Origin: an uncultured archaeon
GTDB taxonomy: Archaea > Aenigmatarchaeota > Aenigmatarchaeia > CG10238-14
Reading direction: 5' to 3'
Length of the DNA stretch: 34,045 bases
Assembly: GCA_964392445.1 (NCBI GenBank)
Contig: CAYMPD010000013.1
Location: 1 to 34,045, forward strand
In this document: piece after piece, positions 16,336-26,265 of the stretch
Position numbering within the stretch: the first letter of the stretch is position 1
How the letters are laid out: each line of letters begins with the position of its first letter
Program-made: the position numbers and the translations under genes
Notes under the pieces: generated by a model
What the model was told of the DNA's origin: nothing
The model's database searches: none
Seen by the model: only the letters and a program-made list of their open reading frames with translations

Positions 16336-17733
16336 ATGGAGATAAAATTATTCAACACAATGGGAAAAGAAAAACAAATTTTTAAACCAATTATACCAGG
16401 AGAAGTAGGTCTTTACGCCTGTGGTCCAACAGTTTATGATTATGCACATATAGGGCACTTCCGAGCTTATGTATTTGTAGATATACTCGTGAGAATGTTA
16501 AGATTAAATAATCTTAAAGTAACCCATGTGATGAATATAACCGATGTTGGGCATTTGACAGACGACGCAGATCAAGGAGAAGATAAGGTAGAAATGAAGG
16601 CGAAAAAAGAGGGTAAAAGTGCTTGGGAGATTGCCGACTATTACACAGAAGATTTCTTCGATGCGATGGAAAAGTTGAACGTTAAAAAACCGGACATTGT
16701 TTGTAGAGCTACAGACCATATTCAGGACATGATAGACCTAGTAAAAGATATAGAAAAGAATGGTTACACTTATGAAACTTCGGATGGGATTTATTTTGAT
16801 ACCTCTCAATTGAATGATTATGGGAAGCTCGCGGGACTAGACATTGAAGGATTGAAAGAAGGTGCAAGGGTTGAAAAGAATCCTGAAAAGAAGAATGTAA
16901 CCGACTTCGCACTCTGGAAATTCTCGACAAAAGACAAAAAAAGGCAAATGGAATGGGATTCACCCTGGGGTAAAGGTTTTCCTGGATGGCATATTGAATG
17001 TACCGCTATGTCAATGAGATACTTGGGAGAAAGTTATGATATTCACACGGGAGGAATAGATCATATCCCTGTCCATCACACAAACGAAATAGCCCAAGCA
17101 GAAGCAGTTATAGGTAAGAGATTTGTTAACTACTGGTTGCATAATAATTTTATCACAGTCAACGGAGAAAAGATGAGTAAGTCCAAAGGGAATTTTTACA
17201 CGATGAAAGATATTGAAGATAAAGGACTATATCCTTTGGCTGTTCGATATTTGTTTCTGACCGCAAATTACAGAACTCAGTTGAATTTTACCTGGGAAAG
17301 TGTTGAAGCTGCTGAAAAGACTTTGAATACTTTGAGGGAACATGTTAGATTGTTTCAAGAACCAGATGATACTCCCACTGATTTCAAGAAGTTTGAGGAT
17401 TACAGGGTAAAATTCTATGAACTTGTTAATGATGATTTGAATACTCCTGAGGCTTTGTCACTGATTTGGCAATTAATTAGAAGTGAACCCGACATTAATA
17501 ACAAGGATAAACATGAATTGATATTGGAATATGATAAAGTGCTTGGATTAGGTCTAAGAGAGATAAAACTGGAAGAGAAATTACCTGAAAAAATACAAAA
17601 ACTGATCGATGAAAGAGAGGATTCGAGAGAAAAAGAAAATTACAAAAAAGCAGATGAGATTAGGGATAAATTAAAGGAATTGGGTTATAAAGTTCAGGAT
17701 ACTAAGGATGGGGTTAAAGTAAGGAAGATTTGA
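16336..17733 (+). CDS. cysS: Cysteinyl-tRNA synthetase
   Basis: YACGPTVYDYAHIGH, PGWHIECTAMS, DIHTGGIDH, KMSKS. Confidence 0.97.
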   Translation: MEIKLFNTMGKEKQIFKPIIPGEVGLYACGPTVYDYAHIGHFRAYVFVDILVRMLRLNNLKVTHVMNITDVGHLTDDADQGEDKVEMKAKKEGKSAWEIADYYTEDFFDAMEKLNVKKPDIVCRATDHIQDMIDLVKDIEKNGYTYETSDGIYFDTSQLNDYGKLAGLDIEGLKEGARVEKNPEKKNVTDFALWKFSTKDKKRQMEWDSPWGKGFPGWHIECTAMSMRYLGESYDIHTGGIDHIPVHHTNEIAQAEAVIGKRFVNYWLHNNFITVNGEKMSKSKGNFYTMKDIEDKGLYPLAVRYLFLTANYRTQLNFTWESVEAAEKTLNTLREHVRLFQEPDDTPTDFKKFEDYRVKFYELVNDDLNTPEALSLIWQLIRSEPDINNKDKHELILEYDKVLGLGLREIKLEEKLPEKIQKLIDEREDSREKENYKKADEIRDKLKELGYKVQDTKDGVKVRKI

Positions 17734-17819
17734 GTTGACTTGAGGTCAATCAGAATTTCCTATTTAGTATTAAAGTCAAGATTAAAAATGTTCTTTACAA
17801 TAATTTCTCAGGTGATTTT

Positions 17820-18110
17820 ATGTCCGGAGGTATCAACGGTGCTACTGGTCCCGATTATGGTGGGAGTTATCAGCAAGCTATTAATGAGGATGTACGAACT
17901 CAGTTCGAAGAAATTATAACTGATGCACTATCTGATGGTCCCTTAAATGCTAGTGATTTAATGGGGTATATATCAAGAGATGAAAGGACTAGACCAACTG
18001 TTAGGGAATATAGTGTGAATGTACTCCATTATATTGAATTTGTAATTATATCTCTAAAAAAAAGAGGGAAATTAAGAGAAAGGGATGGTTTGTACTCGTT
18101 AACTGGTTGA
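17820..18110 (+). CDS. Hypothetical protein, possible winged-helix fold
   Basis: AGGTGA SD. C-terminal LKKRGKL..DGLYSL resembles a wing. Confidence 0.55.
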   Translation: MSGGINGATGPDYGGSYQQAINEDVRTQFEEIITDALSDGPLNASDLMGYISRDERTRPTVREYSVNVLHYIEFVIISLKKRGKLRERDGLYSLTG

Positions 18111-18214
18111 TTAAAAAGAGTACTTAGAAACAATCATTTCTAATTTTTCCCACTAACAAAACTCCTTCTGATATTTAGTATGAATAATCCCTCTATATCG
18201 AACAAGTCAGTTAC

Positions 18215-18955
18215 CTACCCAACAACAAAATACCTCAAAGCCTCTTCAACACTTCCAACTTCAACAACATCTATTCCAACCTCTTCCTGGAGATCCACCT
18301 GCGTCTCAATAGTCTCAGTTTCACAATAAGTATCAAGCCCAACGGTCTCACAGTCTTTTTTAGTTTCAATCTTTGTTTGGATTTTCTGTCCGAGAGGAAC
18401 CAGAAACAGTTTTACGTTATTCTCCTTTGCCGCTTCAGCTTTTGCTAGAACACCTGAAACCTTTGCTATTGATCCATCTTCTCTTAAATAACCTGATATT
18501 ACAACTGATTTGTTGATTTGTTTGTCTTTCATTGCTATTACTGTTGCTATAGCCATTGCTGGGCCTGCGGATGGTCCTTCAATTTTTGATGCGTTTGCAT
18601 TCACTGAGTAGATGATATCGTAGGTAGAGATATCTCGAGTTGTTAATTCTTCAGCTACTGACTTTGCAATTCTTATCGATTCTTGTGTGTCTTCCCAGAA
18701 TGAGATTTCATTTATTTCCAGAAGCGTTCTTCCTTCACCATCAACTGCTTCCACCCCTAATCTCGCCATAATTCCCTCTCCATTCTCCTCGACCGCTGGC
18801 AGTAGTATTTCAAGTTTTTTTGAGTAATCTTGTTCTTCTGCCTTCATTTCTATTATTTTTTCTTCACTTTCAACCCTTATTAGAGGAATCCCTACAAAAA
18901 CTACGTAAATTACTAGAATAGCTAATAATAGTCCAAGTAAGATTTCTTTTTTCAT
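18215..18955 (-). CDS. Membrane-anchored Lon-type (S16) protease domain protein without ATPase
   Basis: N-terminal TM helix, IEGPSAG catalytic Ser motif, GVLAKAEAA Lys motif. Confidence 0.85.
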   Translation of the reverse strand: MKKEILLGLLLAILVIYVVFVGIPLIRVESEEKIIEMKAEEQDYSKKLEILLPAVEENGEGIMARLGVEAVDGEGRTLLEINEISFWEDTQESIRIAKSVAEELTTRDISTYDIIYSVNANASKIEGPSAGPAMAIATVIAMKDKQINKSVVISGYLREDGSIAKVSGVLAKAEAAKENNVKLFLVPLGQKIQTKIETKKDCETVGLDTYCETETIETQVDLQEEVGIDVVEVGSVEEALRYFVVG

Positions 18956-18967
18956 ATGATCACGAAA

Positions 18968-19244
18968 GCAAGGAACATGTTCATGGTGAGGACAACTTTA
19001 CAATCAGGTTAATCCGAGTCTCTTCCTCCACCCCGAGAGCTCGCAAGCATCCAGTTCCATATCTTATAGCTGCTCGGTTCCCCGCCTGACTCGTTCAACA
19101 CAGAACCGACCCTGGGAGACGAGGCTTCGTAGTCCGAAACCCGGGCCTGACTGTATTATTGAACTGCCCATGAACTGTGGTCCCACCGTGAACCAGATAT
19201 GTGGTTACAGGAGACTGGTATCCTCCCGACCAGAGATTCCTTGC
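18968..19244 (-). ncRNA. ffs: Signal recognition particle (7S) RNA
   Basis: Terminal helix GCAAGGAA/TTCCTTGC. Alu domain with CUGUAACC and complementary loops. Helix 8 GUCAGG-CGG-GGAA-CCG-AGCAGC. GC-rich relative to its flanks. Confidence 0.93.
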
Positions 19245-19269
19245 AAATAATAATTATCCTTTGGAATTC

Positions 19270-19276
19270 TTAAATA
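19270..19276 (-). promoter_or_regulatory. TATA box of the SRP RNA gene
   Basis: TATTTAA on the minus strand, 26-32 nt upstream of the predicted 5' end. Confidence 0.55.
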
Positions 19277-19376
19277 GGTTGATGGTGGATTAATTCTTAG
19301 TTATTCTTTGGAAAATATGCCTTAATGTTTCTGTTTTGATTAGAAAGTTGTATGAAAAGATGTTAATTCCAAATTT

Positions 19377-19475
19377 TTAGCTACTTTGAGAGAGGGTGTA
19401 TAGAATTATGATAATGATTATTACTATGAATATAATAGCTCCTTTACTCATTTGTGCCTTTGATCTTTTCCTCAT
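19377..19475 (-). CDS. 32-aa single-helix, pilin-like peptide, absent from the ORF track
   Basis: MRKRSKAQMSKGAIIFIVIIIIIILYTLSQSS*. GAGGT SD 7-8 nt upstream. KAQ class III-type cleavage motif. Confidence 0.55.
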   Translation of the reverse strand: MRKRSKAQMSKGAIIFIVIIIIIILYTLSQSS

Positions 19476-19480
19476 ATCAT

Positions 19481-20008
19481 TTACCTCAAGACAGATATCA
19501 AAATTTCCCCTAATTTCCAAAAATAAACAACATTTATCCCAAAACTAGCTAAACCCATCAGTAAATCTGGTAGAATTCTAGACTCCATTGCACCGTTAAT
19601 TAAACCCACGAGTAGAAAATACAAAAATGATAAAACTATACCCTCAACAAGAAAATTCAGACCAAGTGGAATTGATACTAAATTCAGAATAAGATTCGCA
19701 GAAAGATACACAAAAACATTAGGCTTAAATCCGCCGAGAAAAATTGATGGTATAAAACCTGACAAAAGTACAAACAAAAGAGTATATCCAAATCCTAGAG
19801 TAGATGTGATAACTAAACTTAAGAAAAATACTGGGGAAAAATCAACTGGGAACTGAATGAGATAATTAAGAAAAACTATTGCTCCGCTGATTAATGTTAA
19901 GACTGTAAAAAGAAGGATTTTGGATATATTTCTGATGAAAAGAAAAACTAGTAAAGCTACTCCTACTAGCAGGAATAAGTATTTTATGTCTGATATCTTT
20001 AGCTTCAT
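19481..20008 (-). CDS. Polytopic membrane hypothetical protein
   Basis: 175 aa, almost entirely hydrophobic helices. Confidence 0.65.
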   Translation of the reverse strand: MKLKISDIKYLFLLVGVALLVFLFIRNISKILLFTVLTLISGAIVFLNYLIQFPVDFSPVFFLSLVITSTLGFGYTLLFVLLSGFIPSIFLGGFKPNVFVYLSANLILNLVSIPLGLNFLVEGIVLSFLYFLLVGLINGAMESRILPDLLMGLASFGINVVYFWKLGEILISVLR

Positions 20009-20076
20009 TGTTAATAAAATAGGATTTGATTACAAAATAAGTAATGTTATAATAAAAATAATTCCTAATAATAATT

Positions 20077-20537
20077 ATGATATTCATAACACATGTTTTG
20101 GCCACACTAATTCTACTAAAACTATTCTCAGTTTCTAATCCATTGGTAATATTCTTTACCTTATTTTTCGGGATAGCGATAGACTTTGATGAACTGATTA
20201 TTTTTTACAGAGATTGGAATTCAACTCGACCAGTTAAAAAATTCTTCAAAAAAGTATCAAAAAAAACAGCATAGAAGAAATTGGTTTGATGAGGCTGATG
20301 GGTTAGCGATATCATTTACGGTTTCTTTGTTTCTTGGGCCATTTGTTCCTTTTTTTTGCTAATCTTGTTCACTGTATAATGGACTGGTTATGTGATTTTG
20401 ATTCGAATCCTCTCGCACCTTTTTATAATAAATTAGAAACATGAGGTTTTTTGAAAAGTGGTTTAAACCTAACTAGAATTTTACAAGAAGGGTCTTTGAT
20501 AGTTCTCTTTAGTTTATTTTTATTTGTAATATGGTAG
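20077..20537 (+). pseudogene. Disrupted membrane metal-dependent hydrolase-like gene (YdjM-like)
   Basis: MIFITH..., FGIAIDFDE, RNWF and LVHCIMDW pieces lie in three successive frames. Breaks at A8 (20259-20266) and T8 (20350-20357), plus an in-frame TGA at 20442. Confidence 0.7.
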
Positions 20538-20577
20538 ATTTCAACATCTTTTAATTTCTGTGAATCAAATAATACTC

Positions 20578-21948
20578 ATGCCACTCAAAACATTTTTCGA
20601 ACCAAAATCAATAGCAGTAATAGGAGCATCGCATACAAAAGGGAAGATAGGTTATGAGGTTTTTACCAATTTTCTTGGTGGAGTGTATGAGGGAAAACTC
20701 TACCCAATCAATCCAAAAACCGAACCAATACTTGGCCAAAAGGTTTATGCTTCAATTCTTGATGTCCCCGGGAAAGTTGACTTAGCTGTAATAGTTGTTT
20801 CTGGAAAATTCGTTCAAGGGGTTTTGTCAGAATGTGTTAAAAAAGGTGTTAAATCGGTTATAATTATTAGTAGTGGATTTTCGGAAGTAGGAGATGAAGG
20901 GAAAAAATTGGAAGAGGAATTAGAAAAAACTATACGATCAACCAAAACCAGAGTGATAGGTCCAAACTGTTTAGGCGTGTATGATTCTTCGTCACATGTT
21001 GATACATTGTTTTTAGCGAGAAAAAGATGTGGGAGACCCAAAGAAGGTAATATTGCTTTTATTTCACAGTCTGGTGCCGTTGGATCGACAATACTCGACT
21101 GGATGTCTGAAGAAGAAGGAATTGGTATCAGCAAATTTATTTCCTATGGTAATGGAGTGGATGTAGATGAGAGTGATTTGATTGAGTACCTGGGTAATGA
21201 CAAAAAAACAGAGGTTATTACTGCTTATATTGAAGGACTGAAAGGTCCTGGGAAAAAATTCATGAAAGTTTGTAAGAGGGTTTCAAGAAAAAAACCAGTT
21301 GTTGTTCTTAAATCAGGTAAGACTGAGAAGGGAACTCAAGCTGTTTCTTCACACACAGGATCACTTGCAGGTTCAGGGAGAATTTACTCTGCGGCCTTTA
21401 AACAATCGGGAATTATTGAGGCAAAAACCTGGCAGGAATTGTTTGATTATGCAAGAGCATTTTCCACTCAACCTAAACCCAAAGGTGATAGAGTACTGAT
21501 TGTTACAGATGGTGGTGGTTTTGGGGTTTTAGCAACAGACGAAGCCGAGAGGACTAATTTAAAACTACCTGAACCATCTGAAAAGTTAAAAGAAAAAATC
21601 AAACATGTTATGCCGTCTTATGCAATCCTTCATAACCCGATTGATCTGACAGGAGATACGGATGCTGAAAGATACCGAGTAACAATCGATGAGGCTCTTA
21701 AGTCGGACGAGTATGATAGTGTTATTGCAATAACATTGTTTCAAGTTCCAAGACTAGAAGAAAGAGTTATTGCTGATTTACTCGAATTAAAGAAAAGGTA
21801 CAAAAAACCAATACTTGCTTGTGCTGCGGGTGGGGAGTATTCCAATAGACTTAGTGATAGATTAACTAAAGGTGGTATTCCAGTTTATCCCACGCCTGAG
21901 AGAACTGTTAAGGCTATGAAGGCTTTGGTTGATTATGGGAAATATTAA
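20578..21948 (+). CDS. acdA: Acetate--CoA ligase (ADP-forming) alpha subunit
   Basis: FFEPKSIAVIGAS, GPNCLG, SQSGA, SHTGSLAG phospho-His, NPIDLTGD. Confidence 0.92.
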   Translation: MPLKTFFEPKSIAVIGASHTKGKIGYEVFTNFLGGVYEGKLYPINPKTEPILGQKVYASILDVPGKVDLAVIVVSGKFVQGVLSECVKKGVKSVIIISSGFSEVGDEGKKLEEELEKTIRSTKTRVIGPNCLGVYDSSSHVDTLFLARKRCGRPKEGNIAFISQSGAVGSTILDWMSEEEGIGISKFISYGNGVDVDESDLIEYLGNDKKTEVITAYIEGLKGPGKKFMKVCKRVSRKKPVVVLKSGKTEKGTQAVSSHTGSLAGSGRIYSAAFKQSGIIEAKTWQELFDYARAFSTQPKPKGDRVLIVTDGGGFGVLATDEAERTNLKLPEPSEKLKEKIKHVMPSYAILHNPIDLTGDTDAERYRVTIDEALKSDEYDSVIAITLFQVPRLEERVIADLLELKKRYKKPILACAAGGEYSNRLSDRLTKGGIPVYPTPERTVKAMKALVDYGKY

Positions 21949-21987
21949 TTTTAATTCTTAGACTGACATTATTTATAAGGTGATTAT

Positions 21988-22746
21988 ATGTTTTCATTAG
22001 ATGGTAAGAAGGCTCTAGTAACAGGATCATCCAGAGGGATAGGTAAAGGTATAGCTTTGTGCTTGGCAAAAGCGGGAGCATCGGTAGTTGTAAATTATCG
22101 TTCCAGTGAGGAAAAAGCAGAAGAAGTTGTTAAGGAAATTAAGGTTTTGGGTGTGGATTCATTCTCAGTACAAGCAGATGTCTCAAATAAAGAAGATGTT
22201 AAAAGAATGATGGGAGAAATAGAATCCAGATTTGGATTGCTTGATATTTTAGTTAATAATGCGGGTGTGGTTACTTTTAATAATATTGAAAAAATGGATG
22301 AAGAAGAATGGGACAAAGTAATAGACGTGAACTTAAAAGGTCAATTTCTTTGTGTTAAGGAAGCAATAAATATAATGCCAAAAAATGGAAAAATTATTAA
22401 CATATCTTCTATCGCATCTGGAGGGGCTGGTGTAGGCTTTGGAAAAATTCCACATTATGCGGCTTCTAAAGGTGGTGTGATTGGTTTAACAGAAGACTTA
22501 GCTATAGATTTAGCTGATAAAGGGATAAATGTGAATTGTATTGCACCGGGAGTTATAGAAACTGATATGACTGAGGGGATGATAAGCGATGAAGAATCTA
22601 GGGAACAATTATTGAAACACATACCCAAAAAGAGATTTGGTATACCTGAAGACATAGGTAATACCGCTGTTTTCTTGGCTTCAGATGAAGCTGATTATGT
22701 AACTGGTGCTGTGATCTATGTGGATGGTGGTTGGTTAACTGAATAA
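21988..22746 (+). CDS. Classical short-chain dehydrogenase (FabG-like)
   Basis: TGSSRGIG, NNAG, YAASK, VDGG. Substrate not assignable. Confidence 0.92.
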   Translation: MFSLDGKKALVTGSSRGIGKGIALCLAKAGASVVVNYRSSEEKAEEVVKEIKVLGVDSFSVQADVSNKEDVKRMMGEIESRFGLLDILVNNAGVVTFNNIEKMDEEEWDKVIDVNLKGQFLCVKEAINIMPKNGKIINISSIASGGAGVGFGKIPHYAASKGGVIGLTEDLAIDLADKGINVNCIAPGVIETDMTEGMISDEESREQLLKHIPKKRFGIPEDIGNTAVFLASDEADYVTGAVIYVDGGWLTE

Positions 22747-22782
22747 GAAATTCTATTTATTTCTCAAAAACCATAATTAATT

Positions 22783-24432
22783 GTGCCCAAGAAATATATT
22801 TTTGTTTCAGGAGGAGTAATGTCAAGTGTTGGTAAGGGTGTTGTAGCTTCTTCTATCTGCTTCTTGTTGAAAAAACATGGTTTCAAAGTCACACCAGTTA
22901 AATGCGAAAATTATTTTAACGTGGATGCTGGGACAATTAATCCAATCGAACATGGGGATCCTTTTCTTTGCGAAGATGGTTTAGAAGCGGATATGGATTT
23001 GGGTAACTACGAAAGATTCCTTAATCAAGAAATGGGAAGAGAAAATTTTGTAACAATGGGACAAATAATTAAAAAAGTAATTGAAAGAGAGAGGTCCATG
23101 GGATATGCTGGTGAAGACGTTGAAGCTATTCCTCATGTATGTGACGAGATTATTAGAAGAATTAAAGAAGCAGGAGAAAAATCAGATGCCGATGTTGTTG
23201 TAATAGAATTAGGTGGAACCGCGGGTGAGTATCAGAATGTTCTTTATTACGAGGCTAGTAGGATAATGGGTCTTGAAGAGGATGTTCTACATATCCACGT
23301 TAGTTATGTCCCAATACCACCTCATATAGGCGAACCTAAGACCAAACCCACTCAGTTGTCTTTTAGGCATCTTATGTCCATGGGAATACAACCAGATATT
23401 ATAGTAGCAAGAAGTGAAGGTGATATAGATGATCATAGAAAGTACAAATTAGCATTGACTTGCAATATTAATCCTGAAGATGTGTTCTCTAATCCTAATA
23501 CTGACACAGTTTATCGAGTTCCCTTGATTCTTTATGAACAAAAATTTGACAAAAGAATTCTTGAAAAATTAGATCTACCACATGATGGGATTAATTTAAA
23601 AGATTGGAAAAAATTCGTGAAAAACATAGTCAAAAAGAAGGGTAAAAAAGTAAAAATTTCGATAGTTGGTAAATATTTCGGGACGGGTGAATATTCTTTA
23701 ACAGATACTTATTTTGCTTTGATTGAAGCTATAAAACATGCTTGTTGGGAATTGAATACTGAACTGGATCTTAATTTTGTTAATTCTGACAAGGATAAAA
23801 AAAAGGTGGAAAAGCTAATCGAAGATTCTGATGGTGTAATTGTCCCAATAGGTTGGGGGAAAAGAGGCGTCGAAGGAAAAATCAAAGCCATAAAATTTTG
23901 CAGAGAAAATAGACTTCCTTATCTTGGTTTATGTTATGGGATGCAGTTAGCTTGTGTGGAGTTTGCGAGAAATGTGATAGGATGGAAAGAAGTGCATACA
24001 GTGGAAGTTAAACCTAAAACAAATCATCCGGTTATTCATGAGGTTCCATTTGATAAAAAATATCAGATGATAAAAGGTGATGGTACTTCGATGAGATTGG
24101 GGAGTTATGATTGCATTTTGAAGGAAGGTTCTCGAGTTTACAAGATTTACGACAAACATAATGGATTTAAGAACAAGAAGAAAAGAATTGTCTCGGAACG
24201 TCACCGTCATAGATTCGAATTTAACAACAAGTACAGGGACGATTTTGAGAAGAATGGTATGCTAATTTCCGGTGTTTCTCCTGATGATTTTTTTGTTGAG
24301 ATGATAGAATTACCAAAATCTAAACATCCATTTTTTGTCGGAACACAAGGTCATCCAGAATACAAATCCACACCTTTGAATCCACATCCAATATTTCTGG
24401 AATTTATTAAAGCTTGTCTTAAGAAAAGTTAA
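22783..24432 (+). CDS. pyrG: CTP synthase
   Basis: GGVMSSVGKG, GLCYGMQ catalytic Cys, ERHRHR, GHPE. Confidence 0.96.
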   Translation: MPKKYIFVSGGVMSSVGKGVVASSICFLLKKHGFKVTPVKCENYFNVDAGTINPIEHGDPFLCEDGLEADMDLGNYERFLNQEMGRENFVTMGQIIKKVIERERSMGYAGEDVEAIPHVCDEIIRRIKEAGEKSDADVVVIELGGTAGEYQNVLYYEASRIMGLEEDVLHIHVSYVPIPPHIGEPKTKPTQLSFRHLMSMGIQPDIIVARSEGDIDDHRKYKLALTCNINPEDVFSNPNTDTVYRVPLILYEQKFDKRILEKLDLPHDGINLKDWKKFVKNIVKKKGKKVKISIVGKYFGTGEYSLTDTYFALIEAIKHACWELNTELDLNFVNSDKDKKKVEKLIEDSDGVIVPIGWGKRGVEGKIKAIKFCRENRLPYLGLCYGMQLACVEFARNVIGWKEVHTVEVKPKTNHPVIHEVPFDKKYQMIKGDGTSMRLGSYDCILKEGSRVYKIYDKHNGFKNKKKRIVSERHRHRFEFNNKYRDDFEKNGMLISGVSPDDFFVEMIELPKSKHPFFVGTQGHPEYKSTPLNPHPIFLEFIKACLKKS

Positions 24433-24434
24433 TT

Positions 24435-25529
24435 ATGATGGAATTGTTATTCGCTAGACCAGATGCTATTAGTGCTTTAGATGATGAAAAAGTGGAAAAG
24501 ATTCTGCCAAGATATATCAGAATTGTTGGTCAAGAATTACCAGCGAATTTTCAGATACTGAAGAAGATTGAATTCAATCCTGAAAAAGATTTGAGTAATC
24601 AAGAATTGTGGGAGTTACATGTAAATTTAATGAAAAAATTCTATGGTCTTAAAAAGAAAATTGATAAAGAAGAAATTAGACTTGAAGACTTAAATGAACC
24701 TACCAACAATTTACTTGATTTAAAAATTCAGTTAGTAGGAGAATTAATGAAATCCTGTGAACTTTGTGAAAGAAAATGTGGGGTTAATAGGATGGAAAGA
24801 GAATTAGGTGATTGTGGAGTTGGTAATATTTGTAAAGTATCTTCCGAATTTGTCCATCTGGGGGAAGAATCATTTCTAGTTCCTTCTCATACTATTTTTT
24901 TCATGGGTTGTAATTTTCATTGTCAATTTTGTCAGAATTGGTCTATAAGTCAGAATTTTGAAGAGGGATTCAAGGCCTCACCAGAGGTCATGTCAACATG
25001 GATTGAGAATAGAAAAAGAGAAAGTTGTAGAAACGTTAATTTTGTGGGTGGAGACCCTACTCCTAATCTTTTTTGGATATTAAGGGCTTTGAAACTAACA
25101 GATGTCAATCAAGCGGTTGTTTGGAATTCTAATTTTTACATGTTTGAAAAGGCTATGGAACTACTTGACGGTGTGGTCGATATTTATCTATCGGATTTCA
25201 AGTACGGGAATGATGGCTGTGCGAAGAGATTGTCAAAAGTCAAGAATTATTTCCAAGTGTGTTCAAGAAACCATTTAATAGCCTCCAACCAAGCAGAATT
25301 AGTTATAAGACACTTAATTCTTCCTAATCATGTGGAATGCTGCAGTAAACCTATCCTTGAATGGATCGCAAAAAATATCAGAGATAAGTCCCTAGTTAAC
25401 CTCATGGACCAATACAGACCAGAATACAAGGCCGAGGAAAACAATGATATTAACAGAAAATTAACAAGAAAAGAACTCTCGGAAGTATTAAAAGAAGCTA
25501 AAGAATTAGAAATAAACTACATCACATAG
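24435..25529 (+). CDS. Radical SAM protein, PflX-like
   Basis: CELCERKCG, GCNFHCQFCQNWSISQ, GGDPTP, DFKYGND, RHLILP. Confidence 0.88.
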   Translation: MMELLFARPDAISALDDEKVEKILPRYIRIVGQELPANFQILKKIEFNPEKDLSNQELWELHVNLMKKFYGLKKKIDKEEIRLEDLNEPTNNLLDLKIQLVGELMKSCELCERKCGVNRMERELGDCGVGNICKVSSEFVHLGEESFLVPSHTIFFMGCNFHCQFCQNWSISQNFEEGFKASPEVMSTWIENRKRESCRNVNFVGGDPTPNLFWILRALKLTDVNQAVVWNSNFYMFEKAMELLDGVVDIYLSDFKYGNDGCAKRLSKVKNYFQVCSRNHLIASNQAELVIRHLILPNHVECCSKPILEWIAKNIRDKSLVNLMDQYRPEYKAEENNDINRKLTRKELSEVLKEAKELEINYIT

Positions 25530-25530
25530 G

Positions 25531-26226
25531 TTAACAATTGATTGATTTGATGTCGTCCTCGCTCTCTGGTGTTTGTCCAAAGCATGAATTCACATCCTTT
25601 TCAGAGCAACAGAAAACTTCATTCCCATCCAGGAAATAATAGTCCATCGGGAATTTGGATTCCATGCAAACATCCTTAGCATAATTACATTTCATGGTTC
25701 GGATATCATCCTTAAGTTCGTCATAATTGCTTTTAAGTGTATCATACTGATTTTGAATTTCCTTTAGTTCTTCATTCAATGTATTTATGTCCGATGATAA
25801 CGTCAATTTTTCCTCATTACAAGACTCCAGTTCTGCTTCTCTTAATTGTAATTCATTTGTTTTTTGGGTTAATTGTAATTGAAGGTTACTCAATTCAGAT
25901 TCTGTAGAACTAAGTTCAGATTGACATGATGAGAGTTGGCTTTCTAAGGTATCTAATTCACTTTGCAGAGAGTCTTTTTGTTTTTCCAAGACTATGTTCT
26001 CGCTCTGTAGTGTGTTAATCTTACCTGTGTACGCAATGTACCCAGAAATACTACCAGTGACCAAAAGAAGGCTTAGTGCTACGAGTATGATACTGGCTTT
26101 GTCTAATTTCATTCCCTTGAAGTTTAGATTTAGGTTTTGGAATTTCTGCTGTACTTTCTGTTTTATTTTTTGAAATCTCTCCTTAAGATTTAAACCTTTT
26201 TTTTCCTCCCCATATGGCTCATACAT
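25531..26226 (-). CDS. Membrane-anchored coiled-coil protein with Cys-rich C-terminal tip
   Basis: One TM helix, ~110 residues of heptads, then a Cys cluster. Confidence 0.7.
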   Translation of the reverse strand: MYEPYGEEKKGLNLKERFQKIKQKVQQKFQNLNLNFKGMKLDKASIILVALSLLLVTGSISGYIAYTGKINTLQSENIVLEKQKDSLQSELDTLESQLSSCQSELSSTESELSNLQLQLTQKTNELQLREAELESCNEEKLTLSSDINTLNEELKEIQNQYDTLKSNYDELKDDIRTMKCNYAKDVCMESKFPMDYYFLDGNEVFCCSEKDVNSCFGQTPESEDDIKSINC

Positions 26227-26265
26227 GACTATCTAATTGTTTTTAGGATTCTAGTTATAAATAAA

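Noticed and set aside
17735-17749. Inverted repeat TTGAC-N5-GTCAA after cysS
   Set aside because: Five-bp arms occurring once are too weak to call an operator.
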